From positions 5,972 through 69,971 of the forward strand of contig JAJRSM010000044.1 of NCBI GenBank assembly GCA_024278765.1: DNA of 64,000 nt, written 5' to 3'. The notes under the pieces were generated by a model. The model made no database searches. It worked only from the letters and a program-made list of their open reading frames with translations, and was not told where the DNA came from. This DNA is from Deltaproteobacteria bacterium (GTDB taxonomy: Bacteria; Desulfobacterota; GWC2-55-46; DRQE01). The translations under genes were made by a program, and so were the position numbers. Positions 52,170-62,158 of the stretch are shown here, piece after piece. Position 1 is the stretch's first letter; each line of letters begins with the position of its first letter.

Positions 52170-53438
52170 CTACTCCATCCTAAAGACGCGGAGCACTCCC
52201 TTTGAATTTACAAAAGCCAAAACCTTTCCTTTACCACCAACCTCTAGTGCTGTGATAGGTTGCTTGAACTCTTCCGTCCATGACTCATCTCCTGTTGCTA
52301 TATGATAGGTCGACACATGACCGTAGTTGCGCTTGAGGTACTTTAGGTCAAAGGGGATTTTAATTGAACTCGACAAAACCACGAGATGATCTCCCAACAA
52401 CTCCATGGCCGAGGGTTTACCGTGGTTAAGGTCTGTACTCCAGAGGACTTCCCCTGTACTGAGATTTACCTGCACAAGAAGTTCTTCGCCAAGCAGGTAT
52501 ATATTCTCGCCTTTGACGATAAAATCAATTGTCTTTATTATAGGATAAGACTCTTTGATCTCGCCGTCTTCCTGATCAATGAGCAGAACAATGCCGCTGT
52601 CGTCTATAATAAAAAGCTTATCATCGGTTAGAACAACTCTGCGACGAGAATGGTCCTTGACATTAATCTTTGAACTTATAACCTTCCTGCTCCAGCGCTC
52701 TTTACCCCTTGCTCCGCCCAGGCATGTCAGCGAGCCGTTGGCAAGAAGAACAAAGACCTTTCTTCCTCGGTCTGAGTCACAAACTATAGGTGACGTTATA
52801 ATACGCGGCAAAACATAGTGCGGTGCGATTGCGCTGTAGCTCCAGATCTTCTTACCGCTTCTGCGGTCCAGGACATAGACGCGGTCTTCGGTAGAGGTAA
52901 AGTAGACATATTCTTTTGTCAAAAGCGGAGCCGCTATAATCTCCGAGCGTGCTTTAAAGTTCCAGAGCTCTTTGCCTGTTTCTTTATCCAGACAATGCAG
53001 CACTCCGGTGATAGTACCAAAGCATACCATTTTGCCTTCAACAGCTGCGTCGCCGTCGATTGCAGAGGCCGTCTTAAAACTCCAACGCAGATCTCCTGAG
53101 GAAAGATCCAGACTATAAAAAATCTTCTTGGCTGACCCCACATAAAGCGTATCTGCGGTTATGGTAGGTCTGCTGGAAATTCCGTGTTTACCTATCTTAC
53201 CTAATTTACCCCATGGCGACTTTGCACTGAGTTTCTTCTTCCACTCAGCCGTTACTCTAAGCCTTATCGAGTTCTGCGAGCGGCTTGTTTTTTTACTAAT
53301 TACAAAGGCATTGGAACTGTCTTGATTCTTACTGGCAGCATCAGCAACGCTCGTGAAGCTGAGCAAGAAAAAGACAAAAAGTATTGATAACGCCATTGTA
53401 GTTCTATAGTATATGTTTTTTGATAATATCTTCTGCAT
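52170..53438 (-). CDS. PQQ-like beta-propeller repeat lipoprotein (BamB-like).
   Basis: A signal peptide precedes repeated propeller blades with W/G motifs. Confidence 0.65.
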   Translation of the reverse strand: MQKILSKNIYYRTTMALSILFVFFLLSFTSVADAASKNQDSSNAFVISKKTSRSQNSIRLRVTAEWKKKLSAKSPWGKLGKIGKHGISSRPTITADTLYVGSAKKIFYSLDLSSGDLRWSFKTASAIDGDAAVEGKMVCFGTITGVLHCLDKETGKELWNFKARSEIIAAPLLTKEYVYFTSTEDRVYVLDRRSGKKIWSYSAIAPHYVLPRIITSPIVCDSDRGRKVFVLLANGSLTCLGGARGKERWSRKVISSKINVKDHSRRRVVLTDDKLFIIDDSGIVLLIDQEDGEIKESYPIIKTIDFIVKGENIYLLGEELLVQVNLSTGEVLWSTDLNHGKPSAMELLGDHLVVLSSSIKIPFDLKYLKRNYGHVSTYHIATGDESWTEEFKQPITALEVGGKGKVLAFVNSKGVLRVFRME

Positions 53439-54054
53439 TTATCCTCATTTTTGCATAGTTGTTTTTGTCAAGGCCGGCACCAAGTGCAACGTTTCTGGAA
53501 AACTCTTCTGTTAAAAACTCTGTTGGCGAATGCAGGTCAGAGTTAAGAACCATCTCTACATTAAAGCGGCATGCCATCGCACCTACATGACCATTAGTAA
53601 GACTGTGCCCCTTACGCGCACTTATCTCAAAGTATACACCTTTTTCTGCCGCAAGCCTGCATTCGGCCTCATTAATAAGACCTGGATGAGCCAGTATATC
53701 AACACCTGCATCGATTGCGGCCAGATTTGTCCCACCAGGCACTGGCTCTACGATTGACTCACCGTGGCATATAACAAGGTCTGCACCAAGCCTGCGAGCA
53801 AAGATAGTCATCTCCCCGATATCAGCAGGCCTCAGATGGGTTAACTCAACGCCTGCCAATACCTTTACGCCTTCTGCGGCGGTGAGGTTACCAGTAAACT
53901 TTAAGAGGTTTTCTATCACGGCCTCTATATTAGAGCGGTCAACATGGTCGGTGATCGCCAGTGCCTTGTACCCGGCTCGTCCAGCCCTTGATACCAACTC
54001 TGCTGGAACAAGCTCGCCGTCAGAATGTATTGTATGCATATGCAGATCTATCAT
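53404..54054 (-). CDS. PHP-domain phosphoesterase.
   Basis: MIDLHMHTIHSDG is the PHP N-terminal His motif. Confidence 0.75.
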   Translation of the reverse strand: MIDLHMHTIHSDGELVPAELVSRAGRAGYKALAITDHVDRSNIEAVIENLLKFTGNLTAAEGVKVLAGVELTHLRPADIGEMTIFARRLGADLVICHGESIVEPVPGGTNLAAIDAGVDILAHPGLINEAECRLAAEKGVYFEISARKGHSLTNGHVGAMACRFNVEMVLNSDLHSPTEFLTEEFSRNVALGAGLDKNNYAKMRINAEDIIKKHIL

Positions 54055-55622
54055 AATGAATGCACCCTTGATGTCACAAACCTCTCGCCTGAGATATCCA
54101 GCAGTAACCTTTGAAATATTTCAAATGCCATCTTATTATCTGAACTAGAAAGGCTATAGATATTTTCTTCTTTTTTAACACCAAGGCCTTTGCAATACTC
54201 ATCAAGTACTTGGCTCTCCGGCTCAGTTGCCCCCAGATTAATATGGACAACCGGGACGCGCCGCTTTGAAAGAATAACGTCTTTACCAGCCTTAAGTCTC
54301 GAAAGAAGCTGCGCATCGGTAGAGTCCCAGAGAATAATCAGGCCTAAAATATTGGTAGAGAAAGCCCTCAAAAAAGGCCCCATACGTGCGGCCAGTGGTG
54401 TTGAAAAGAGCGTTACCTCCATATTACCATAAAGCTTAATAGATCCTATCTCACCGATGACCCTGCTGCTCTCCGCACCACCACTGACGATTGGACTCTT
54501 TGAGTTTAGAGAAAAATCAGGTATAAACTTAAGCGTATGTGCCAACGTCTTTGCCAGATCAGGAGAGGAAGAGAGTATTAGCACCTTACCGTAGTCTGCA
54601 AGCATCATCTCCGACCAGTTGGAGATGACCTTCTCTTTTATCTTGATGGCCTGTGCAGGGGTAACCGTCTGAGTACTATCGATTATTTTATCAGCCTCTA
54701 TCTCGAGCTCTTTTAGAATATCCCTATCCAGCAGCTTAGCGATAGTACTATAGACCTCATAATCGGTAAAACTACAGTGCTCTATCACATCACCGACACG
54801 CGGATAATATTCAACGAGCTTCAGCACCTCATACATCACCGGCTTAAGCCCTGTCGGTAGTGCGTTGGTATCTACATTAGTACCGATCCTGAGATCAATG
54901 CTCGGAAACTTATCTCTTGAGTTTTCCAGTTCATCAAGCTGGCGCATAGCCTCCATTAGCAAGTGGTTTGTTCTGGCCTTGACCTTACGCCCTAGGCCTA
55001 ACCTTAAAGGACGAAACTCAAAGACTCCGTCCTTCCAGGTAAGTAATCTAAAGAGGGCTTTTTCTCTTTCCACCTTACCGCATACGGCGTTATATATCTC
55101 GCCGTCCTTTACATAGACTGCTCCGTACAAATCGCCTTTCGTTAGATTTAGTTCGCCTTCATTTTTATTCATATGAAGCATCTGCAAAATATCGACAAGA
55201 GGAACTCTGGATAATTTACCCTGGATCTCTTTATCTCCCATCTTCCGTGCGTTGGCCGAGCATGCAAAAGAACGCTTAATCTGTTCATGCAGTTCTTCCC
55301 ACAAAAAAGGACGGGTAACAAAGATATCTACTCCCACGTTAAAACCTTTTATATACAGTGGCCTGTTGGAGATAAAAAGAAAAGGAACGCCCGAGGTATA
55401 AGGGTTGTTGCGCAGTATTCTAAATAGATGTGAGCCCTCAATCAGCGGCAGCTGACAATCAACGATCACCAGCGACGGCAACTCATCAAGAGCTAGCTCC
55501 ATTGCCTTCGCGCCATTGGTAGCCATGGTATACGGATATTTGGCTCGCTCAAGAAAACCTATAAACTCTGTAAAGTCCTCTTGGCTTTTAAGGGCCAAGA
55601 GAATCTTTTTTTCTTTACCCAT
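54051..55622 (-). CDS. Response regulator receiver domain protein with a DUF4388-like central region.
   Basis: The REC domain has an acidic pocket and phospho-acceptor at LVIVDCQLP; the central LQMLHMNKNEGELNL segment resembles DUF4388. Confidence 0.6.
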   Translation of the reverse strand: MGKEKKILLALKSQEDFTEFIGFLERAKYPYTMATNGAKAMELALDELPSLVIVDCQLPLIEGSHLFRILRNNPYTSGVPFLFISNRPLYIKGFNVGVDIFVTRPFLWEELHEQIKRSFACSANARKMGDKEIQGKLSRVPLVDILQMLHMNKNEGELNLTKGDLYGAVYVKDGEIYNAVCGKVEREKALFRLLTWKDGVFEFRPLRLGLGRKVKARTNHLLMEAMRQLDELENSRDKFPSIDLRIGTNVDTNALPTGLKPVMYEVLKLVEYYPRVGDVIEHCSFTDYEVYSTIAKLLDRDILKELEIEADKIIDSTQTVTPAQAIKIKEKVISNWSEMMLADYGKVLILSSSPDLAKTLAHTLKFIPDFSLNSKSPIVSGGAESSRVIGEIGSIKLYGNMEVTLFSTPLAARMGPFLRAFSTNILGLIILWDSTDAQLLSRLKAGKDVILSKRRVPVVHINLGATEPESQVLDEYCKGLGVKKEENIYSLSSSDNKMAFEIFQRLLLDISGERFVTSRVHSL

Positions 55623-56650
55623 TACAGCATCTCCTGTAGCGAGTAATCCTGTTGAAACTTCTCAATAAGGGCCTCTACAATGTACGGATCACTTGTATGA
55701 AAACAACTATGCGCGTCTCCCCAGCTCTCATTACAGAATATCCCGTAGGCCGTATCTTCATTTAAAAATAGGGTAAAATATGTATTAAGTAACCTATTGT
55801 CTGAGAGAAGCAATGCCGTAGCAGAGCCAATCTGTTTTTTCTTGTCCTCACCTTGACCGACTATAGATATCTTTGTATTTGTTTTATTGATCGAGTGCAA
55901 AGAACTGATAATAGGTAGGTCTTCACTGTACTTCTTTATCCCCATATAAAGAATGCCACGGCTGCGATGGTTACGTACTACCTCCTGCAAGATCGTTGTA
56001 TTGAGGGTCTCGATAAAAGAATTTGGCAGGTCGTGGTCAGCCCCTATGTAAAAGGTCGAATAGTCTTTTTCTTCAAGCTCGTTACCGGTCAGTGCCGCTG
56101 CCATCTCCCAGAAGAGTTTACCGCGAAAATCCAGGCGTTCAAGCAAAGAATCCATTCGCTCTTGGATTCGTCTGGTCGCTACGGCCACAAGCTCTCCGTA
56201 GCCATTGGCGTCTTTCGGGTATGTTGCCTGAGAATATATAATAGTTGCGTAAGGCTCTGTCTTTGTACAGAACTCCAAGGCGCGAGCGAGTTTACGAATC
56301 GCAATAAGTGAGTCAAAGTATGCCGTATGCGGCAGTATTAATATTACTCTCTTGTCTTCAAGAATTCCGGTTATATCACAGCCGCGTATTACCTTGTTAG
56401 TAGTCCTTACGAGGATCTTCAGGAATTCAAGAAGACCTTTACGCGACGGTATTTTTTTGCCATGATAAAAGGACTCGACATGAATTACGATTACAGAGAA
56501 AGAGCTACCGTACCTCTCAGAGCGCAACGTCTCGAGCCTGCCGTACTCATTTATAAAATACGAGTCGTAGAGACGCGCATCCCCGATCTTTGAGGAATCT
56601 GCGGTAAGAGAAAAATCTGTTTTTTCAGCGTTGTTTTTTGCCTGGGCCAT
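55622..56650 (-). CDS. Degenerate GGDEF-like domain protein (catalytic motif replaced, with a C-terminal domain of unknown function).
   Basis: RYGSSFSVIVIHVESF ... LEDKRVILILPHT aligns to the GGDEF fold but lacks the GG(D/E)EF motif. Confidence 0.45.
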   Translation of the reverse strand: MAQAKNNAEKTDFSLTADSSKIGDARLYDSYFINEYGRLETLRSERYGSSFSVIVIHVESFYHGKKIPSRKGLLEFLKILVRTTNKVIRGCDITGILEDKRVILILPHTAYFDSLIAIRKLARALEFCTKTEPYATIIYSQATYPKDANGYGELVAVATRRIQERMDSLLERLDFRGKLFWEMAAALTGNELEEKDYSTFYIGADHDLPNSFIETLNTTILQEVVRNHRSRGILYMGIKKYSEDLPIISSLHSINKTNTKISIVGQGEDKKKQIGSATALLLSDNRLLNTYFTLFLNEDTAYGIFCNESWGDAHSCFHTSDPYIVEALIEKFQQDYSLQEML

Positions 56651-56704
56651 TTATATATATCGCAACCGGGAATCTGTATAGTGGTAATGCTGAAGCAGTG
56701 GTGC

Positions 56705-57259
56705 TTACATCTTGTATTTGCCAAATGCCTCAGGGCTAAGATCTTCCAGCATTTCCGAAGCAGACTCAACACCTGCCACCTCGTCTTCTGCATCTGCGAT
56801 AGACTGTATTACCGCTTTGCTGCCCTGCCCGATATCCTCAGAACGTTCTATCACATCAACCGATACAAGTATAGGAGCAGCCATTCTAAGTGCTACTGCC
56901 ATGGCATCGCTTGGTCTGGAATCGATGCAGTGGGCATAACCATTGTTATCTTCCATAAATATACTTGCATAATAGACGTTATCTACCAAATCGTTGATCT
57001 CTACTCTTTCAACCGTTGTACCTGTTTTCTTCATTAAGGTCTTTATAAGATCGTGAGTCATTGGACGGGTGAACTTCACCTCCTCCATCTCAGCCGCTAT
57101 CGCACTGGCCTCCAGTGCCCCGATCCAGATAGGCAGAACAATCGAAGAATCGTCACGGCCTTTAAGTATTACGATTGGTGCATTTGTAAACGGATCTATA
57201 GTAATACCTGTTACCTTCATATCGATGAGTTTTGCTTTCAATGTAGTCTTCATAAGCAT
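56705..57259 (-). CDS. Bifunctional nuclease (DUF151) family protein.
   Basis: MKVTGITIDPFTNAPIVILKGRDDSSIVLPIWIG is the family's N-terminus. Confidence 0.75.
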   Translation of the reverse strand: MLMKTTLKAKLIDMKVTGITIDPFTNAPIVILKGRDDSSIVLPIWIGALEASAIAAEMEEVKFTRPMTHDLIKTLMKKTGTTVERVEINDLVDNVYYASIFMEDNNGYAHCIDSRPSDAMAVALRMAAPILVSVDVIERSEDIGQGSKAVIQSIADAEDEVAGVESASEMLEDLSPEAFGKYKM

Positions 57260-58623
57260 TCTCCTCTGAGTGAATTTGCGTAAGCACCGACAATTGAAAT
57301 ACTGGCGATATCACCGGCAACTATATTTTTAGTTGAAAAATTCACAACCCTGTTGCACGGTGTTCTTCCAGTAAGCTCCGACGCATCCGCCTTGCTACGT
57401 CCCTCGACCAATACCATCTGATCTGTGCCAACCAAGGCGCGACTCTTTCGTTTGCCGATCTCTTTTTGAAGCTCTTGGAGCGTAGAGAGCCTTTTTTTTG
57501 CAATATCAGGCTCGATATGATCGGCCGTAAATTCCTCTGCCTTTGTCCCCGGCCTGACGGAGTATTTAAAAGAAAAAATTCCGTCAAACTCTACTTCTTT
57601 AACTATATTCATTGTAGCAGCAAAATCAGACTCGTCTTCGCCCGGGAACGCTACAATTATATCAGTTGTTATGGCCATATCGGGATATAACTTCTTTAAA
57701 AGATTAATTTTAGCCATATATGAACCGCTTGTATAGCCCCGCCCCATGCGCCCTAGGACCTTATCTGAGCCGGACTGAAGTGGTAGGTGAAGGCTTTTTA
57801 CGAGCTTTTCTTCTTCTCCGTATAGGTAAATCAGCTCCTCGGAGATATCCTTTGGGTGAGAGGTCACAAACCGTACCCTCTCTATTCCACCAATCAGACA
57901 AATGCGCTTGATAAGCCCTGGAAAGCTCACCTCACCTACGTAAGAATTTACATTCTGTCCTATAAGGGTTATCTCTTTCGTCCCTGCGCCGGCCAGTGCG
58001 TTAACCTCTTTTTCTATATCAGCAAGGCTTCGACTGACCTCACGACCCCTGACATACGGTACGATACAATACGTACAAAAGTTGTTACAGCCGCGCATGA
58101 TACTTACAAAAAACTTTATTTTATTTTTATAGCTATCTGCATTTAAAGCATATTCATCAGGTGAGAAGCCGTCATACATCTCGGTTGTGCTTCTGCGTTT
58201 ACCTCCGCCGCGTATCTGACTAACTATAGCTGATATTTTATGGACGTTGTGCGTGCCTACTACCATATCGACATATGGCATTCTTTTAAGCAACCCTTCG
58301 CCGCCTTGCTGCGCGACACAGCCACTTATCCCTAGTATAAGCTCAGGCTTTTCCGTTTTAAGCTCTCTGTACCTGCCTGCAGAGCTATAGACCTTCTGCT
58401 CGGCCTTATCACGTACACTACAAGTATTTAAGATAATCAGGTCGGCCTTTTTCGGATCTTCTGTCTCTATAAAATCCGAGTCCGCGAGAAGACTGACCAT
58501 CCGCTCGGAGTCTCCTACATTCATCTGACAGCCAAAGGTCTCGATAAAGACGTATTTTACTGCTTTGTCATCGCTCTTGGCAATATTTATACCGACTTGG
58601 CCGGATCCAGGGTTATTCTTCAT
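57250..58623 (-). CDS. miaB: tRNA-i6A37 methylthiotransferase.
   Basis: The UPF0004 N-terminus (FIETFGCQMN), the radical SAM core (CNNFCTYC) and a TRAM domain are present. Confidence 0.9.
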   Translation of the reverse strand: MKNNPGSGQVGINIAKSDDKAVKYVFIETFGCQMNVGDSERMVSLLADSDFIETEDPKKADLIILNTCSVRDKAEQKVYSSAGRYRELKTEKPELILGISGCVAQQGGEGLLKRMPYVDMVVGTHNVHKISAIVSQIRGGGKRRSTTEMYDGFSPDEYALNADSYKNKIKFFVSIMRGCNNFCTYCIVPYVRGREVSRSLADIEKEVNALAGAGTKEITLIGQNVNSYVGEVSFPGLIKRICLIGGIERVRFVTSHPKDISEELIYLYGEEEKLVKSLHLPLQSGSDKVLGRMGRGYTSGSYMAKINLLKKLYPDMAITTDIIVAFPGEDESDFAATMNIVKEVEFDGIFSFKYSVRPGTKAEEFTADHIEPDIAKKRLSTLQELQKEIGKRKSRALVGTDQMVLVEGRSKADASELTGRTPCNRVVNFSTKNIVAGDIASISIVGAYANSLRGECL

Positions 58624-58656
58624 AGATAAAGGTTTTATAATATATATCCAAGGTGA

Positions 58657-59211
58657 TTATATTTTATTCTTCTCAACCTCGTCCTTAGGAGGTCTGACTA
58701 TCCAAGCACCGGGCTGTTTAAATCTCTTCGATATTATGGCAGAGGTCTTTTTGGCATCCGTTGCTGTATTGAAAAAACCAACCCTTACTCTATGCCAGTT
58801 AACATCGTCCTTTATAAAGGTCGTTACGTAAGCATTATAGCCGGCACTATCTATGGCTCGCTCTAGACGTCTTGCATATTTTTCGCCGTGAAATGACGCT
58901 ACGTGTATAGCATATACCCCACGCTTTACAGCCTTCGCCGTAGCGGCCTTCGCCGTGGCAGCTTTAGCTGGGGCAGCTAAAGCTGGGGCAGCTAAAGCTG
59001 GGGCCGTAGTAGTCTGAGTGCTAGCAGCAGGCTTTGTCGGGTCAGTTACACGGATGCTTTTGCGTACAACCATGTCATCGGTCTCAGGCGTCTCGCCTCC
59101 AGATGATAGAAAAAATATTATCGCCCCACCGCTTATAATTATCAACGCAGCGATGATCAGGAAAAGCCGACTATTCTTTGCCTTTGAATTGGTATTTAAT
59201 CTATTGTTCAC
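58657..59211 (-). CDS. SPOR-domain peptidoglycan-binding protein with an N-terminal TM anchor and an Ala/Pro-rich repeat linker.
   Basis: The C-terminal SPOR fold (YAIHVASFHGEKYARRL...WHRVRVGFF) and the linker APALAAPALAAPAKAATAKAATAKA are present. Confidence 0.8.
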   Translation of the reverse strand: MNNRLNTNSKAKNSRLFLIIAALIIISGGAIIFFLSSGGETPETDDMVVRKSIRVTDPTKPAASTQTTTAPALAAPALAAPAKAATAKAATAKAVKRGVYAIHVASFHGEKYARRLERAIDSAGYNAYVTTFIKDDVNWHRVRVGFFNTATDAKKTSAIISKRFKQPGAWIVRPPKDEVEKNKI

Positions 59212-59291
59212 ATGGGCCTCCGTTTAGAGGTTGGCAAGCTATTATAGTACCTATCAATATACGTTATACTATGGATAAGGCCATGTCAAAG

Positions 59292-59320
59292 AAAAAAACC
59301 CCGGGTCACCCCGGGGTTTT
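59292..59320 (-). terminator. Rho-independent terminator hairpin (7-bp GC stem CCCCGGG/CCCGGGG, 4-nt loop) flanked by an A-tract and a T-tract; it may act in both directions.
   Basis: The sequence AAAAAAACCCCGGGTCACCCCGGGGTTTT was read directly; it lies downstream of the aclA stop on the minus strand. Confidence 0.7.
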
Positions 59321-59399
59321 ATATCGTTGATTTCATTGACCTTTATCAACTATCATAGCCTGATAAAAACCCTTGTCTAGGTTTTGATGACTACCAGTT

Positions 59400-62111
59400 C
59401 TATCTTACATACAAGCATTTGCTCGCTGCAGTCCTGGTATCCATATTCCTACCCCTATTGGTATGATCATCTACCTCAGCGGCGCAACCTAGCATACGAC
59501 CAAAAAGGAAGGTCGTAAATGCCGCTGTCTCGACTTCTTCATCTGAGATTGTTCCCTCGATAAATGGTTTCCAGACGATCTTCAGTAGTATTACGGCGAT
59601 AACAGCATCGATGTTTACGCAGTAAACGTCTTTCGTAACCTTTGACTCAAATAGTGAGTTCACTAAATTGCTATAGAAGTCCAGGAAGATATTGTATATA
59701 CCCTTCTCCTCAAAAAGCTCGGTCACGAAACGCTCGCGCGGATCATAGTTAACCGGCTTACCTTTAAAGATCGGATGATTAACGCAAGGTATCTTCTTAT
59801 ACTCGATATTACCGATTGACTTCTGCTCGGCCTTATAAGCCTTGTACCAGTCGGCGTATTTACTTGAGATAGCCTTAAGGTCAAGGCCGTGCTTAGAGCT
59901 TGCCGGGTCTTTCAGCCCCTCTTCCTTGAACCTCTCGATAAGGAATGCAATTGCCTCATAACCATTACCACCGTGAGCAAAGCCGGTATGAGTCATAAAG
60001 CCGATCATGGCCTTATTAATCTGTACACGCTCGGTCTCAGCCGGACCGTCGGCACTTACCCCGCCCTTTGCTCCCTGAGCAGATATCGTACCTGGGCCGT
60101 TGGTGATGATAAGCCCTAAGAGCATTGAGAACTCAAAGAGCTCGTCGTCTGTTGGTTTGCGTCCGATCAAAGCCAAGAAGGCCGTCTCGGTAAAGCCCCA
60201 GTCGGCTACAAGCTCTTTATTATCAATACCACAAAAGCTGGTATCGGTATGCTTCTTTTCAGCAACGCTACAGCCGACCATCGTCGAGAAGATCCTTGAG
60301 TGCCACGAAAGTGTAGTAAGCGTTGCTTTACTGATATCCTTGGTCATATAAGCGTTCCATGCAAGGGTCGTCCAGATAGCGGCCAAAAGCGCACTACTTG
60401 ACGGCTTACCATCAGCGGCTTCTATTACAAAGTTAACAAATACCGAGGGCCTGTCCATACCTTCCAGAGCATCTTTAAGCATAATGCCTCTGGCACATGG
60501 GTTAGGATAGGAAAGAGCGGCCTTATTGTCATCGGTGAGTTCTTTTAAAATACCGGAGTAATCAAAGTCCTCGCTAGGGTTCACAAGGCCTGTGTGCTGA
60601 AACTTGTCGATAAGTATCTTGGTCGTTGCGATTGAGTCCTTGACCTTACCCTTACCAACGATTGCAACAGCCGCTGAGAGTACGGTATTTGGGGAGTTGC
60701 CATTTTCGCGTGCGGCATTGGCAGCGATAAGCGAAATATCGTTATTGTGATTTACAAAAGAGTTCAGAGCGATATTGGCAAGCCTTTTGCCATATGCATC
60801 CGGATACTCTTTAAGAAGCGAGAATACGAGGTTTTCTTCTAAGGTGCGCTTTGAGGCCTCTAGTATTGAGAGTCCGTGGATCTTGGAGACCTGGGTCTTT
60901 GGATCCATCATTGAAGCACCACTTGTATCCTTCATTGTCTGGCGAGGAAGCTGCGCTCCCTTCTGCCTCGATATTACTTCAATCTGCTCACCATAAGGAG
61001 ATATCGCCTTGATAGGCTGTACATCCAGTTCCTTAGGAAGCTTATAACCCGCAGTGCTTGAGAACCAACACTTAAGCGAGAGGTCTCCTCTGGGCGCAAA
61101 ATCAGAGTCTATGCCGTTTAGTTTCTGTACAGCCGACAATGCCTCAGGGATATAGGCGATATTAACAACAACAGCACCCTTCTTGGAGACTACTGGATTC
61201 TCAGGTGTGTAGATGTCTTTGACACCAAAGTAATCCATAAACCATTTTTCTTTGGCCTTTGCGTCATCCCCTGAGCCAGCCAGACTTCCTGCGTGACCAC
61301 AGGCCTTGGAGAGTCTTGCCTTCCAGCGACCGACTATGCAGGCAACCGTTGGTTTTGTAATGTTAAGATCATGCTCGTAGTACCCACCAGGCTCTACGTA
61401 TATGACGGCTGAAGTAGACCTGTCGTCATTGTCAAGAGCGTGGAAGAACTCGGCTGGGCCGTAATGAATGTACACGTCCTTACCGCTTGATAGGCTAGTC
61501 GTAGTTCCCCAGCCCTGCGTTAAGAGATAAACAGCAATTGTTGTAGTGAAGTTACCTGAGTTGGAAAAAAGCGCAACCGAACCCTTAACCAGAGACTCTT
61601 TAGGATTACTCCCTCCTAGAGCTCCACCAATGCGAACGTTATTCCACGCATCAGCTATTCCCAAGCAATTTGCACCGAAGACATCTACGCCATTTGTCTG
61701 ACATATCGCACGTATTGTCCTACTGTCGCTTACCGCGACCTTTTCAGTAAGGATAACGACCTTTTTAAGGTCCGGGTTAAAGCGTACCGCCTCGGCCACA
61801 CCGTCTTTAACACCGCTTGGCGGAAGATAGACGACCAGGGTATTGAATTTATGACCGGCCTCCATGCCTTCTTTGATCGAGTTATAGACCGGTATGGGAC
61901 CGGCCTTTGTCTCAAGCTTTTGTCCTGATTTACCTGGACCTGTTCCAAAGACTATGTTCTGCCCTGAGAACTCATGGCTAACAGGGGTAACCGTACGGCT
62001 CTCGTTGCCAAGGATATTAAGCACGCAGACCGTGTCTTCTTTTGTTGCCATCTCTGCCAGTGAATTAACACCTAAAAAGTATGGAAAACTCTTTACGCCC
62101 TCTTTATGCAT
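59400..62111 (-). CDS. aclA: ATP-citrate lyase alpha subunit (CoA-binding/phospho-His domain plus citrate synthase-like domain); at 903 aa it is unusually long.
   Basis: It contains an SCS-alpha-like domain with the catalytic His context ACGHAGSLAGSG and a C-terminal citrate-synthase-like domain, and it follows an ATP-grasp beta subunit gene. Confidence 0.75.
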   Translation of the reverse strand: MHKEGVKSFPYFLGVNSLAEMATKEDTVCVLNILGNESRTVTPVSHEFSGQNIVFGTGPGKSGQKLETKAGPIPVYNSIKEGMEAGHKFNTLVVYLPPSGVKDGVAEAVRFNPDLKKVVILTEKVAVSDSRTIRAICQTNGVDVFGANCLGIADAWNNVRIGGALGGSNPKESLVKGSVALFSNSGNFTTTIAVYLLTQGWGTTTSLSSGKDVYIHYGPAEFFHALDNDDRSTSAVIYVEPGGYYEHDLNITKPTVACIVGRWKARLSKACGHAGSLAGSGDDAKAKEKWFMDYFGVKDIYTPENPVVSKKGAVVVNIAYIPEALSAVQKLNGIDSDFAPRGDLSLKCWFSSTAGYKLPKELDVQPIKAISPYGEQIEVISRQKGAQLPRQTMKDTSGASMMDPKTQVSKIHGLSILEASKRTLEENLVFSLLKEYPDAYGKRLANIALNSFVNHNNDISLIAANAARENGNSPNTVLSAAVAIVGKGKVKDSIATTKILIDKFQHTGLVNPSEDFDYSGILKELTDDNKAALSYPNPCARGIMLKDALEGMDRPSVFVNFVIEAADGKPSSSALLAAIWTTLAWNAYMTKDISKATLTTLSWHSRIFSTMVGCSVAEKKHTDTSFCGIDNKELVADWGFTETAFLALIGRKPTDDELFEFSMLLGLIITNGPGTISAQGAKGGVSADGPAETERVQINKAMIGFMTHTGFAHGGNGYEAIAFLIERFKEEGLKDPASSKHGLDLKAISSKYADWYKAYKAEQKSIGNIEYKKIPCVNHPIFKGKPVNYDPRERFVTELFEEKGIYNIFLDFYSNLVNSLFESKVTKDVYCVNIDAVIAVILLKIVWKPFIEGTISDEEVETAAFTTFLFGRMLGCAAEVDDHTNRGRNMDTRTAASKCLYVR

Positions 62112-62158
62112 AACTCTTCCGTCCTATGTTTGTTTTTTAAAGTTCATTAAATATTTTT

